Below the pieces are notes generated by a model that saw nothing but the letters and a program-made list of their open reading frames with translations, ran no database searches and was not told the origin of the DNA. Source: the human T2T-CHM13v2.0 reference genome, Homo sapiens. From it: DNA of 64,000 nucleotides. The translations under genes and the position numbers were made by a program. The stretch lies in assembly GCF_009914755.1 (NCBI RefSeq), contig NC_060947.1; one strand, 5' to 3'. Positions 1-13,740 of this stretch are shown here, piece after piece (positions within the stretch are counted from its first letter, which is position 1; each line of letters starts with the position of its first letter).

Positions 1-3000
1 AGAATTTGCCAACCAAATGGAAAACAGAAAAAACACAGGGGTTGCAATCCTAGTTTTTGAAAAAACAGACTTTAAGCAAACAAAGATAAAAAAAAAGACA
101 AAGAAGGACATCACATAATGGCCCAGGGGTCAATTCAACAAGAAGAGTTAACTATCCTAAATTTATATGAACCCAATACAGGAGCACCCGGATGCATAAA
201 ACAAGTTATAAGAGAGCTACATAGAGACTTAGACTCCCACACAATAATAGTGGAAGACTTTAACACCCCACTTTCTTTATGAGACTGATCACCGAGAGAA
301 AATTAACAAAGATATTTGGGACTTGAGCTCAGCTCTGGATCAAGTGGACCTGAAAAATATCTACAGAACTCTTCACCCCAAAACAACAGAATATACATTC
401 TTCTTGGTGCCACATGGCACTTAATCTAAAATTGATCACATAATTGGAAGTAAAACACTCAGCAAACGCAAAAGAACTGAATAAATAACAAACAGTCTCT
501 CAGACCATGGCACAATTAAATTAGAGCTCGAGATTAAGAAACTCACTTAAAACCACAGAACTACATGAAAATTGAACCAACCTTTTTCTGAATGACTCCT
601 GGGTAAATAATGAAATTAAGAGAGAAATCAAGAAGTTGTTTGAGACCAATAAGAACAAAGAGACAACGAACCAGATTCTCTGAGACACAGCTAAAGCAGT
701 GTTAAGAGGGAAATTTATAGCACTAAATGCCCACATCAAAAAACTAGAAAGATTTCAAATCCACATCCTAACATAACACCTAAAGTAATAGAGAACTAAA
801 AGCAAACAAACCCCCAAAATAGGAGAAGACAAGAAATAACCAAGCTCAGAGCAGAACTGAAGGAGGTAGAGACACGAAAAACCCTTCAACAAATCAACAA
901 ATGCAGGAGCATTTTTTTTGAAAAAAAAATTAACAAAATACACATACTGCTAGCTAGACTAATAAAGAAGAAAAGAAAGAAGAATCAAATAGACACAATA
1001 AAAAATGATAAAGAGGATATCACCACTGACCACACAAAAATACAAACAACCATCAGATAATATATAAACACCTCTGTGCACATAAACTACAAAACCTACA
1101 ACAGAAGGATAAATTCCTGGACACATACATGCTTCCAAGAGTGAAACAACAAGAATTTGAATCCCTGACTAGAAAAAGAGCAAGTTCTGAAATTGAGGCA
1201 GTAGTAACTAGCCTACCAACCAAAAAATGCACAGGACTGGATGGATTTACAGCTGAATTTTGCCAGAGGTACAAACAGGAGCTGGTACCATTTCTTCTAA
1301 AACTATTCCAAACAATTGAAAGGGAGGGACTCCTCCCTAACTCATCTTATGAGGCCAGCATCATCTTGATGCAAAAACGTGGCAGAGATACAACAGAAAA
1401 AGAATACTTCAGATCAATATCTCTGATGAAAATTAATGCAACAAATTTTCAATAAAAAACTGGCAAACTGAATCCAGCAGCACATCAAAAAGCTTATCCA
1501 CCACGATCAAGTTGGCTTCATGCCCAGGATGCAAGGATGGTTCAACATAGGCAAATCAATAAACATAATCCATCACATAAATAGATCTGAAGACAAAAAC
1601 CATATGATTTTCTCAATAGATGCAGAAAAGGCCTTTGAAAAATTCAAACTTTCTTTATGTTACAAACTCTCAATAAACTAGGTATTGAAGGAACACACCT
1701 TAAAATAACAAGAGACATTTATGACAAACTTACAGCCAATATTATACTAAAGGGGCATAAGATGAAAGTATTCTGTTTGAAAGCCAGCACAAGACAAGGA
1801 TACCCTCTCTCATCACTTCTATTCAACATACTATTGCAAGTTCTGGCCGGGGCAATCAGTCAAGAGAAAGAAATAGAGGGTATTCAAATAAGAAGAGAGG
1901 AAGTCAAAGTGTCTTTGCAGATGACATAATCCTATATCTAACAAACCCCATCACCTAAGCCTAAAAACTGCTTAAGCTGATAAGCAACTTCAGCAAAGTC
2001 TCAGAATAGAAAATCATTGTGCAAAAATTACAAGCATTCCTATACACCAACAACAGACAAGCAGAAAGCCAAATCATAAATGAGCTCCCATTCACAATTG
2101 CTACAAAGAGAATAAAATACCTACGAATACAGCTAATAAGGGAAGCAAAGGACCTCTTATAGGAGAACTACAAACAACTGCTCAAGAAAACCAGAGAGGA
2201 CACAAACAAATGTAAAAATATTCCATGCTCATGGATAGGAAGAATCAATATCATGAAAATGGCTATATTGCCCAAAGTAATTTGTAGATTCAATGCTATT
2301 CCCATTAAACTACCATTGACATTTTTCACAGAAATAGAAAAAATATATTTTAAAATTCATATGGAACCCAAAAAGAGCTAGTATAGCCAAGGCAGTCCTA
2401 AGCAAAAAGAACAAAGCTGGAAGCATCATGCTACCTGACTTCAAACTACACTACAATGCTACAGTAACAAAAACAGCATGGTACTAGCACAAAAACAGCC
2501 ATGTAGACCAGTCGAACAGAATAGAGATCTCAGAAATAAGACTGCACATCTACAGCCATCTGATCTTTGACAAACCTGACAAAAACAAGCAATGGGGAAA
2601 GGATTCTCTGTTTAATAAATGGTGCTAGGAGAACTGGCTAGCTATATGCAGAAAATTAAAATGGGACACTTTACTTACACCTTATACAAAAAGCAACTCA
2701 AGATGGATTAAAAACCTAAATGTAAAACCCAAAACTATAAGAACCCTCGAAGAAAATCTAGGCAATACCATTCAGGACATAGGCACGGGAAAATATTTCA
2801 TGATGAAATCGCCAAAAGCAATTGCAACAAAAGCAAAAATGGAAACTAAGTAAACTATAGAGCTTCTGCACAGGGAAAATAAATAAATAAATAAATAAAC
2901 TATTATCAGTGTGAACAGGTCACCTACAGAGTGTGAGAAAATTTTTGCAATCTGTCCATCTGACAAAGGTCTAGTATCCAAAATCTACAAAAAACTTAAA

Positions 3001-3875
3001 CAAATTTACAAAAAAACCCAAACAACCCCATTAGAAAGTGGGCAAAGAACATGAACAGACACTTCTCAAAAGAAGACATTCATGTGCCCAAAAAACATAT
3101 GAAAAAAAGCTCAACATCTTGGATTATTAGAGAAATGCAAATCAAAACCACAAGGAGATACAATCTCAAGCCAGTCAGAGTGGTAATTATTTAAAAATCA
3201 GGAAACAACAGATTCTGGAGAGGTTGCAGAGAAATAGGAACACTTTTACACTGTTGGTGAGAATGTAAATTAGTTCATTGTAGAAGAGAGAGTGGTGATT
3301 CCTCAAAGGTCTAGAATCACACATATAATTTGAACCAGAATCCCAGTACTGGTTATATACCTAAAGGAATATAAATCATTCTATTATAGAAATACAGTCA
3401 CACGTATGCTCATCGTAGCACTATTCACAAGAGCAAAGACATGGACTCAACCCAAATGCTCAATAATGTTAGACTGGATAAAGAAAATGTGTTGCATATA
3501 CTCCTTGGAATACTCTGCAGCCATATAAAAGAACAAGATCATGTGCTTTGCAGGGACATGGATGGAGCTGGAAACCATTATCTTCAGCAAACTAACACAG
3601 GAACAGAAAACCAAACACCACATGTTCTCACTTATAATTGGGAGCTAAACTTTGAGAACGCATAGACACAGGGAGGGGAACAACACACACTGGGACCTCT
3701 CAGGATCAAGGTGCAGGGGGAGGGAGAGTGTTAGGAAAAATAGCTAATACATTCTTGGCTTAATACCTAGGTGATGGGTTGATAGGTGTAGCAAAACACC
3801 ATGGCACACGTTTACCTATATAACAAACCTGCATATGCTGTACATGTATCCTAGAACTTAAAAATGAAATAAAAA
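1..3875 (+). mobile_element. LINE-1 (L1PA10-13-like); ORF2 remnant, 3'UTR and A-rich tail; 5' part lies outside the window
   Basis: Opens in the EN domain (GGGGTTGCAATCCTAGTT = GVAILV). ORF fragments 1129-1455 and 1657-1929 match ORF2 ([32 protein letters not shown]). 3'UTR has TAATACCTAGGTGATGGGTTGATAGG...CTAGAACTTAAAA. Many stops and frameshifts. Confidence 0.95.
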
Positions 3876-4166
3876 GACTTAGGTTATACATCAGAGTATT
3901 TCAGATGATGGCAGTTATAAAATTGAGTGCAAACAATTACCAACTATAATAATAAAAATTTATATATTTCAATTTTGACTCTATTTTTAATCCAGTTTAT
4001 CTTATTATAACTGTTATACCTGTGCAACTGTCATTATACCTGAGTGTTTATACTTGTACAAATATGTATATTAATATTGCCTATTTACTTGTGTAAAATA
4101 TCCCATGAAGTGTTCTGTCATGTTTTAATGTTTCTCAAATAAATATGCTTTTAAAAAGGTAAATAA
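3876..4166 (+). mobile_element. Ricksha (MULE-MuDR) DNA transposon, subterminal segment
   Basis: AT-rich non-L1 sequence between two L1s. Removing the TSD-flanked L1 at 4167-8479 makes it contiguous with the Ricksha-type terminus at 8480-8620. Confidence 0.65.
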
Positions 4167-6262
4167 TTTTATCAAAGGCCTTTTCTGCATCTATTGAGAT
4201 AATCATGTGGTTTTTGTCATTGGTTTTGTTTATATGATGGATTATGTTCATTGATTTGCATCTGTTAAATCAGCCTTGCATTCCAGGGATGAAGCCGACT
4301 TGATCGTGGTGGATAAGCTTTTTGATGTGCTGCTGGATTCTACTTGCCAGTATTTTATTGAGGATTTTTGCATTGATGGTCATCAGGGATATGGGCCTGA
4401 ATTTTTTTTTTGTTGTGTCTCTGCCAGGTTTTGGTATCGGAATAATGCTGGCCTCATAAAATGAGTTAGGGAGGAGTCCCTCTTTTTCTGTTGTTTGGAG
4501 TAGTTTCAAAAATAATGGTACCAGCTCCTCTTTGTACCTCTGGTAGAATTCGGCTGTGAATCTTTCTGGTCCTGGGCTTTTTTTTTTTTTTTTTTTTTTT
4601 TGGTTGGTAAGCTATTAATTACTTCCTGAATTTCAGAACTCTTTATTGGCTTATTCAGGGATTGGACTTCTTCCTGGTTTAGTCTTGGGAGGGTGTTATG
4701 TGTCCAGTAATTTATCCATTTCTTCCAGATTTTTTAGTTTATTGGCATAGATGTGTTTATAGTATTCTCTGATGGTAGTTTCTATTTCTGTGCGATCAGT
4801 GGTGATATCCCCTTTATTATTTTTGTTGTGTCTATTTGATCCTTCTCTATTTCTTCTTTATTATTCTGGCTAGCATTCTATCTGTTTTGTTAATCTTTTC
4901 AAAAAACCAGCCCTGGATTCATTGATTTTTTTGAAGGGCTTTTCATGTCTCTGTCTCCTTCATTTCTGCTCTGATATTAGTTATTTCTTGTATTCTGCTA
5001 GCTTTTGAAATTGTTGGCTCTTGCTTCTCTAGTTCTTTTAATTGTGATAGTAGGGTGTCGATTTTAGATCTTTCCAACTTTCTCCTGTGGGCATTTAGTG
5101 CTATAAATTTCCCTGTAAACACTGTTTTAACTGTGTCCCAGAGATTCTGGTAAGTTGCATCTTTGTTCTCATTGGTTTCAAATAACTTACTTATTTTTAC
5201 CTTAATTTTGTTATTTACCCAGTAGTCATTCAGGAGCAGGTTGTTCAGTTTCCATGTAGTTGTGTGATTTTGAGTGAGTTTCTTAATGCTGAGTTCTAAT
5301 TTAATTGCACTGTGGTCTGAGAGACTGTTTGTTATAATTTCCACTCATTTGCATTTGCTGAGGAGTGTTTTACTTCCAATTATGTGGTCAATTTTAGAAT
5401 AAGTGCAATGTGGTGCTGAAAGGAACATATATTCTGTTGATTTGGGGTGGAGAATTCCGTAAATGTCTATTAGGTACACTTGGTCCAGAGCTGAGTTCAA
5501 GTCCTGAATATCCTTGTTAATTTTCTGTCTTGTTGATCTGTCTAATAGTGACAGTGCAGTGTTAAAGTGTCCCACTATTATTGTTTGGGAGTCTAAGTCT
5601 TTTTGTATGTCTCTAAGAGCTTGCATTATGTATCTGGGTGCTCCTTTATTGGGTGCACATATATTTAGCATAGTTAGCTCTTCTTGTTGCATTAATCCCT
5701 TTACCATTATGTAATGCCCTTCTTTGTCATTTTTGATCTTTGTTGGCTTAAAGTCTGTTCTATCAGAGACTAGGATTGCAACCCCGGGTTTTTTTGTTTT
5801 TGTTGTTTTGTTTTTGGGGTTTTCTTTGCTTTTCATTTGTATTGTAAATATTTTTCCATCCCTTTATTTTAAGCCAATGGTTGTCTTTGCATGTGAGATG
5901 GGTCCCCTGAATGCAGCACATTAATGCGTCTTAACTCTTTATCCAGTTTGCCAGACTATGTCTTTTAATTGGGGCACTTACCACAATTACATTTAAGGTT
6001 TATATTGTTATGTGTGAATTTGATTATGATGCTAGCTGGTTATTTTTCCTGTTAGATGATGCGGTATCTTAATAGTGTTGATGGTGTTTACAATTTGGTA
6101 TATTTTTGCAGCATCTGGTACCAGTTTTCTTTTCCATATTTAGTGCTTCCTTCAGGAGCTCTTGTAAGGCAGGTCTGGTGGTCACCAAGTCTCTCAGCAT
6201 TTGCTTGTCCATAAAGGATTTTATTTCTCCTTCACTTATGAAGCTTAGTTTGGCTGTATATG
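4167..6262 (-). mobile_element. L1PA7-like, inverted 5' segment (ORF1 end, spacer, ORF2 EN to start of RT) of a twin-primed insertion
   Basis: Minus-strand ORF2 peptides at 5345-5836, 4943-5344 and 4270-4509 ([39 protein letters not shown]). Left TSD AAAAGGTAAATAA at 4154-4166. Confidence 0.93.
4943..5836 (-). pseudogene. L1 ORF2 APE-like endonuclease domain remnant (two in-frame ORF pieces split by one stop)
   Basis: KDKEGHYIMVKG-like, IIVGHFNT (GDFN decayed), YSKIDH and SDH motifs in adjacent same-frame ORFs. Confidence 0.9.
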
Positions 6263-8479
6263 AAAATTCAACACCCCTTTATGCTAAAAAATCTCAATAA
6301 AATAGGAATTAATGGAACTTATCTCAAAATAGTAAGAGCTATTTATGACAAAGCCACAGCCAATATCATACTGAATGGGCAAAAGCTGGAAGCATTCCCT
6401 TTGAAAACCGGCACACGACAAGAATGCCCTCTCTCACCACTCCCATTCAACATAATATTGGAAGTTCTGGCCACAGCAGTCAGACAAGAGAAAGAAATAA
6501 AGGGTATTCAAATAGGAAGAGAGGAAGTCAGAGTGTCCCTGTTTGCAGATGACATGATTGTATCTTTAGAAAACCCCGTCATCTCAGCCCAAAAATTCCT
6601 TTAGCTGCTAAGCAACTTTAGCAAAGTCTCAGGATGCAAAATCAATGTGCAAAAATCACAAGCATTCTTCTACACCAATAGTAGACAGAAAGCCAAATCA
6701 TGAGTGAACTCCCATTCACAATTGCTACAAAGAGAATAAATACCTAGGAATAAAACTTACAAGTGATGTTAATGACCTCTTCAAGGAGAACTACAAACCA
6801 CCGCTCAAGGAAATAAGAGAGACACAAACAAATGGAAAAACATTCCATGCTCATGTATAGGAAGGATCAGTATTGTGAAAATGGCCATACTGCCCCAAGT
6901 AATGTATACATTGAATGGTATTCCCATCAAGCTACCATTGACTTTCTTCACAGAGTTAGAAAAAACTACTTCAAATATCATATGGAACCAAAAAAGAGCC
7001 CATATAGCCAAGACAATTCTAAGCAAAAAGAACAAAGCTGGAGGCATCACACTACCTGACTTCAAACTATACTACAAGGCTACAGTAACCAAAACAACAT
7101 GGTAGTGGTACCAAAACAGAGATATAGACCAATGGAACAGAACAGAGGCCTCAGAAATAATGCCACACATCTATACCATCTGATCTTTGACAAACCGGAC
7201 AAAAACAAGCAATAGGGAAAGGATTCCCTATTTAATAAATCATGTTGGGAAAACTGGCTAGCCATATGCAGAAAACTGAAACTGGACCCCTTTCTTATAC
7301 CTTATACAAAAATTAACTCAAGATGGATTAAAGACTTAAACTTAAGATCTAAAACCATAAAAATCCTAGAAGAAAACCTAGGCAATACCATTCAGGACAT
7401 AGGCATGGGCAAAGACTTCATGACCAAAACACCAAAAGCTATGGCAACAAAAGCCAAAATTGACAAATGGGATCTAATTAAACTAAAGAGCTTCTGCACA
7501 GCAAAATAAAATACAATAAGAGGGAACAGGCAACCTACAGAATGGGAGAGAAATTTTCCAATCTATCCACCTGACAAAGGGCTAACATCCAGAATCTACA
7601 AAGAACTTAAACCAATTTACAAGAAAAAAACAAACAGCCCCATCAAAAAGTGGGCAAAGGATATGAACAGACACTTCTCAAAAGAAGACATTTATGCAGC
7701 CAGGAAACATATGAAAAAAAGGTCATCATCACTGGTCATTGGAGAAATACAAATCAAAACCACAATGAGATACCATCTCACGCCAGTTAGAATGGCAATC
7801 TTTAAAAAGTCAGGAAATGACAGATGCTGGAGAGGGTGTGGAGAAATAGGAACGCTCGTACACTGTTGGTGGGAGTATAAATTAGTTCAACCATTGTGGG
7901 AGACACTGTGGTGATTCCTCAAGCATCTAGAACCAGAAATACCATTTGACCCAGCCATCCCATTACTGGGTATATACCCGAAGGATTATAAATCATTCTA
8001 CTATAAAGACACATGCACACGTATGTTTATTGCAGCATTGTTCACAATAGCAAAGAGTTGGAACCAACCCAAATGCCCATCAATGATAGACCAGATAAAG
8101 AAAATGTGGCACATATACACATATACACCATGGAAAACTATGCAGCCATGAAAAAGGATGAGTTCATCTCCTTTGCAGGGACATGGATGAGGCTGGAAAC
8201 CATCATTCTCAGGAAACTAACGCAGGAACAGAAAACCAAACACTGCATGTTCTCTCTCATAAGTGGGAGTTGAACAATGAGAACACATGGACACGGGGAG
8301 GGGAATATGACACACCGGGGCCTGTCAGGGGGTGGGGGGCTATGGGACAGATAGCATTAGGAGAAATACCTAATGTAGATGACGGGTTGATGGGTACAGC
8401 AAACCACCATGGCATGTGTATACCTATGTAACAAACCTGCACGTTCTGCACATGTATCCCAGAACTTAAATTATACAAC
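6263..8479 (+). mobile_element. L1PA7-like, sense 3' segment (RT, C-terminal domain, 3'UTR)
   Basis: [20 protein letters not shown] and [16 protein letters not shown]. 3'UTR ATAGCATTAGGAGAAATACCTAATGTAGATGACGGGTTGATGGG. Right TSD at 8480-8492. Confidence 0.95.
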
Positions 8480-8620
8480 AAAAGGTAAATAAATGGCTTT
8501 TAAATAACTTTAAAAATTGCTTTCTCCAGGATCATAATTTCAGGATTTTGATGTTTTGGGATTTCAGCATTCAAGATTATGGCATTTGTGATTGTATCTT
8601 TTAGGATTATGATTGGATCC
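8480..8620 (+). mobile_element. Ricksha (MULE-MuDR) terminal inverted repeat end
   Basis: CAGGATTTTGATGTTTTGGGATTTCAGCATTCAAGATTATGGCATTTGTGATTGTATCTTTTAGGATTATGATTGGATCC has the repeated GGATT motif structure I recall for the Ricksha TIR. Confidence 0.75.
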
Positions 8621-8681
8621 TTTATATAAAAATGATCAGCATAGAGGAGTTAGTGGAGCCCATGAATATAAATTAGGAATA

Positions 8682-8735
8682 GTGATGGTGATGATGGTGA
8701 TGACGATGATGATGTTGATGATGATGATGATGATA
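8682..8735. repeat. (GAT)n / (GGT) microsatellite
   Basis: GTGATGGTGATGATGGTGATGACGATGATGATGTTGATGATGATGATGATGATA seen directly. Confidence 0.95.
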
Positions 8736-9089
8736 GTAACAATAAAAACTAGTATTCTTTTAGTATCTACTATTATATATGCCAGACGCTATGTAATTTA
8801 TTTCTCACTTCACCCTGATGAGATGAAATGATTTGTCCAGGGTAATAAAATTGGTTAATGGTGGAACTTATATTTTAATTTAGGACTTGTTGATTTTAGA
8901 AATTAAGAGAACACAGAGAATGGAATGCTAGAGAATGTTGCCATTTGAGAGACTGACACAGAAAAAAACTAAAGGATACAGAGAGAAAACAGGCAGAGAG
9001 TTAGGAACAAACTTTGACAAAATGTCTGATGGAAATTAAGGAAGTGCAGGACTTTAAGAAGGAACAGTAGATATTAGATAACTTTGGTA

Positions 9090-9256
9090 GTATAGAATAG
9101 TGGTTATTGGCACAGAATCTGAACCCTAGAGTCTAGTGTTGCAACACAACTTTGCTATTTATTAGCTGTGTGATCTCAACCAGGGTACTTGTCCTCTCTG
9201 TGCATCCCTTTCTAATCTAGAAAATAATGATAAGAATAGTTGATTACCTCACAAGG
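9090..9256 (+). mobile_element. MIR SINE fragment
   Basis: ATTAGCTGTGTGATCTC...CCTCTCTGTGCATC...AATAGTTGATTACCTCACAAGG resembles the MIR core. Confidence 0.65.
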
Positions 9257-9399
9257 TACCTTGAGTTGACTACCTCACAAGAAAAGGAATTGGGTTAGCT
9301 GGAGAAGAAAGTGAAGAGCTGAGTGTGGGTGAGGGAAAACAGAGGGGCTGAGAGACTAAAGAGAATAAAATGGTTGAAGAACATGGATAAGGAACTGAC

Positions 9400-9550
9400 T
9401 GGGTGCTGGCACTAACTAGCTTGTGACTTTGGACAGGTCACCTCCCTAATGAGGCCCCAGTTTTTTTGTTTTTTGTTTTTTTCATTTTAAAAATGAAGAT
9501 GCTGTAAGATGTGATCTGTGTACAATCTTTGTCCGATTCTGGATTCTACT
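9400..9550 (+). mobile_element. MIR/MIR3 fragment
   Basis: CACTAACTAGCTTGTGACTTTGGACAGGTCAC...CCCCAGTTT...CATTTTAAAAATGA. Confidence 0.6.
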
Positions 9551-9709
9551 TTTCCTTCTTTCATTGCACTGCCACCTAGTGTGTATAAAGTATATAGAAG
9601 AGACGCTATAAGAAAGAAATGCAAAAGAATCGGTGTTACCCTCTATTGCCTCGTCTTCACCCATCTGATGTCAGAAGCAACAAATAATATCAGTGGACTT
9701 AGAAGACCA

Positions 9710-10235
<526 letters not shown>

Positions 10236-10740
10236 TTATATCTGAGACTGTTGAATATTTGCTTGCCTTTTTCTCTCAGAAATATTTTTCTTTTCATGAC
10301 TCACCTCTCCCATTTTTCCCAGATACCATTTCTACTTAGAGGCAGTCTCACTTAGTGTCTGGCTCTTAGAGAGAAATAATTTCAGATACTTTCAGAGTTT
10401 CAAAAAAAAATCAATAGCCTTTTTAAGTTCCAAATAAACGAATGTCTAATGGAGAAATTTAAGATGATACTAATATTGGTAGAGTATGTATATTTGACCG
10501 ATAACGTCTCTTCAAATTATCTTCTTCCACAGTGGATGGTAGTTAGTCCAAATATACTGGCAAGGGGGAGCAAGTGTGAACCAGTTGGAAAAGGTGAAGC
10601 AAGCAAAGGAAATGAGAACAAGGCATCAAAAATGCATTTTTTAACAAATAGAAACATAATTTCATTGAATGAGCAAAATTTGGTGCAATAAGGAAGTTTA
10701 TAAGACTTTGGGTCTTCTCATATTTATATCCAGTATTATA

Positions 10741-13164
10741 AGCACATACCTCAATTTACTGCACTTCGCTTAATTGTGCCTTGTAGATATTGCTTTTTTT
10801 TTTTTTTTTTTTCCAAATTGAAGGTTTGTGGCAGTCCTGTGACCAGCAAGTTTATCAGCACCATTTTTCCAACAGCAGGTGCTCACTTCATGTCTTTGTG
10901 TTACCTTTTGGTAATTGTTACATTTTCATTATTTTTATATAATTAAACTCTTTCATTTTTTTTGTCTATTATGGTAATCTGTGATCAGTGATCTTTGAAG
11001 TTAATACTTTAATTGTTTGGGGACACCATGAACTGCACCCGCATAGCACACGTGAACTTAATTGATAAATGTTGTATGTGTTCTGACTGCTCCACTGACT
11101 GACCATTTCAACAGCTCTCCTCCCTCTCCTTGGGATGCAACAATACTGAAATTAGGCCAATTAATAATCCTACACAAACCTCTAAATGTTCAAGTGAAGG
11201 GAAATGTTGTATGTCTCTCTTTTTAAATAAAAAGCTATAAATAATTAAGCTTAGTAAAGAAAGCATATTGAAAACTGAGGCTAAAAGTCCTCTTGTGTCA
11301 GACAGCCTAATTGTGAGTGGAAAGGAAAACTTCTTAAGGAATGTTAAAATTGCTACTCCACTGAACACACAAATATCAGGGAAGTAAAACAACTTATTGC
11401 TGATATGAAGAAAGTTTTAGTGATCTGGATAGGTCAAACCAGCCATAACATTCCCTTAAGGCAAAGCCTAATTCAGAGGAAGATCCTAATTCTCTTCAAT
11501 CCTGTGAAGACTGAGAGAGGTGAGAAAGCTGTAAAAGTTTGAAGCTAGCACAGGTTCATGAGGTTTAAAGAGCCATAATATAAAAGTACAAGGTGAAGCA
11601 GTAAGTGCTGAGGTAGAAGTTTAAGCAAGTCATTGATAATATTTATCTATAATATTTCATCAATATTTAAGATAATGGGTGAAGTTAGCTACAATAAACA
11701 ACAAATGTTCAAGGTAGATGAAACAGCCTTATACTGGCAAAAGATGCCATGTAGAACTTTCATAGCTAAAGAGAAGAAGTCACCACCTGGCTTTTAATCT
11801 TCATAGGCTAGGCTGACACTCTTTTTAGGAGCTAATGAAGCTGGTGACTAAGTTGAAGCCAGTGCCTACTTACAATTCTGAAAATCACAGGGTCCTTAAG
11901 AATTTTGCTAAATCTATTCTGCCTGTGCTCTATCAATGGAAAAACAAAGCTTGGATGACAGCATGTCTGTTTACAGAGTAGTTTACTCAATATTTTAACC
12001 CCACTTTTGAGAACTACTTCTCAGAAATAAAAACTATTTATTTCACAATGTTACTGCGTATTGATGATACATTAAGTGATCCAAGAGCTTTCATGGAGAT
12101 GTACAAGAAGATTAATACTGTTTTCATGCCTGGTAACACAACATCTATTCTGCAGCCCATGCATCAAGGAGTAATTATGACTTTAACGTCTTATCATGTA
12201 AGAACTACATTGTGTAAAGGTATAGATGTAATAGCCTTGCAGAATCCAATGATTCCTCGGATGGATCAGGCAAAGTCAATAGAAAACCTTCTAGAAAAAG
12301 AATCACTATTCCAAGTGCTATTAAAAACATTTGTGATTCATGGGAGAAGGTAAAATTATCAAAATTAACAGAGCTTTGAAAGAAGTTAATTCTAATGCTC
12401 ATGGATGACTTTGAAGCGTTCAAGAATTCAGTGGAAAAGGAACTGCAGATGTGGTGGAAATACCAAGAGAACTGGAATTAGAAGTGGAGCCTGAAGATAG
12501 GCCTGAATTACTGCAATCTCATAATAAAACTTGAATGGATGAGGAGTTGCTTCTTATGAATGAGCAAAGAAAGTGTTCTTTTGAGATAGAATGTACTCCT
12601 GGTGAAGATGCTGTGACAATAGTTTAAATGACAACAAAGGCTTGAGGATATTCCATAAACTCAGTTGATAAAGCAGCAGCAGGGTTTGAGAGGATTGACT
12701 CAAATTTTGAAAGAAGTTCTACTGTGGGTAAAATGCTATCAAACAGCATTGCATGCTACAGAGAAATCTTTGTGAAAGAAATAGTCAATTAATTCCGCAA
12801 ACTTCATTGTTGTCTTATTTTAAGAAATTGCAACAGCCACCTCGGCCTTTAGCAACCACTACCCTGGTCAGTCGGTAGCCATCAACATTAAGTCAAGAAC
12901 CTTTAACAGCAAAAATATTACAACTTGCTGAAGGCATAGATAATCATTAACCATTTTTAGCAATAAATAATTTTTACATTAAGATATATACATCATTTTT
13001 TAGACAAAATGCTATTGCAAACCTAGCAGACTACAGTGTCATGGAAACTTAACTTTTATATGTATTGAAAGATTAAAAAAAATTATTGTGATTCACTTTA
13101 TTGCAATACTCACTACACTGTGGTTGTCTGAAACCAATTCTGCAATATCTCCAAGGTATGCCTG
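10741..13164 (+). mobile_element. Tigger1 (TcMar-Tigger), full length (about 2.42 kb), transposase decayed
   Basis: TA-preceded 5' end ..CATACCTCAATTTACTGCACTTCGC and 3' end GCAATATCTCCAAGGTATGCCTG. Transposase fragment 12048-12353 (VFMPGNTTSILQPMHQGVI, pogo DDE motif QPMDQG). GTAGATGAAACAGCC (VDET) near 11714. Confidence 0.95.
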
Positions 13165-13171
13165 CATTAAC

Positions 13172-13740
13172 ACAAGGAAAAGGCAACCTATGAAATGGGA
13201 TAAAATATTTGCAAAACTTTTGTCTAATTAGGGGTTAATATGGAACACATATAAGAAACTCCTACAACTCAATGATAAAAACCCAAATAACCCAACGAAA
13301 AAATGGGCAAATGACTTTAATAGACATTTCTCCAAAAAAGACACAAATGGACAACAGGTGTTTGGAAAGGTTCTTTATATCACTAATCATCAGGAAAATG
13401 CAAATCAAAACCACAATGATGTATTATTTCACACCTGTCAGTATGGCTATTTAAAAATACAAAAGAGTGTTGGTGAAGATGTAGAGAAATTAGAAGTTTT
13501 GTGTGCTATTAGTGCAAATATTCAATGGTATGGCCACTATAGAAAATAGTAAAAAATTAAGAATGGAAATGCCCTATGATCCAGCAATTCCACTTTTGGG
13601 TATACATCCAATGGAATTGAAATCATCATCTTGAAGAAGTATCTTCACTCCTATGTTTATTGCAGGAGTATTCACAATAGCTAAGATGAAAACAACCCAA
13701 ATGTTCATGAACAGATGAATGAAGAAAACAAATGTATATT
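13172..13740 (+). mobile_element. Old L1 (L1MA9-L1MB-like) ORF2 end/3'UTR, first part
   Basis: AGGCAACCTATGAAATGGGATAAAATATTTGC; [13 protein letters not shown] peptide; CCCTATGATCCAGCAATTCCACTTTTGGG. Confidence 0.85.

Noticed and set aside
1-8479. Possibly active L1 ORF2
   Set aside because: Fragmented by many stops and frameshifts; one copy is inverted and 5'-truncated.
8613-8831. Poly-Met ORF
   Set aside because: Translation of the (GAT)n microsatellite.
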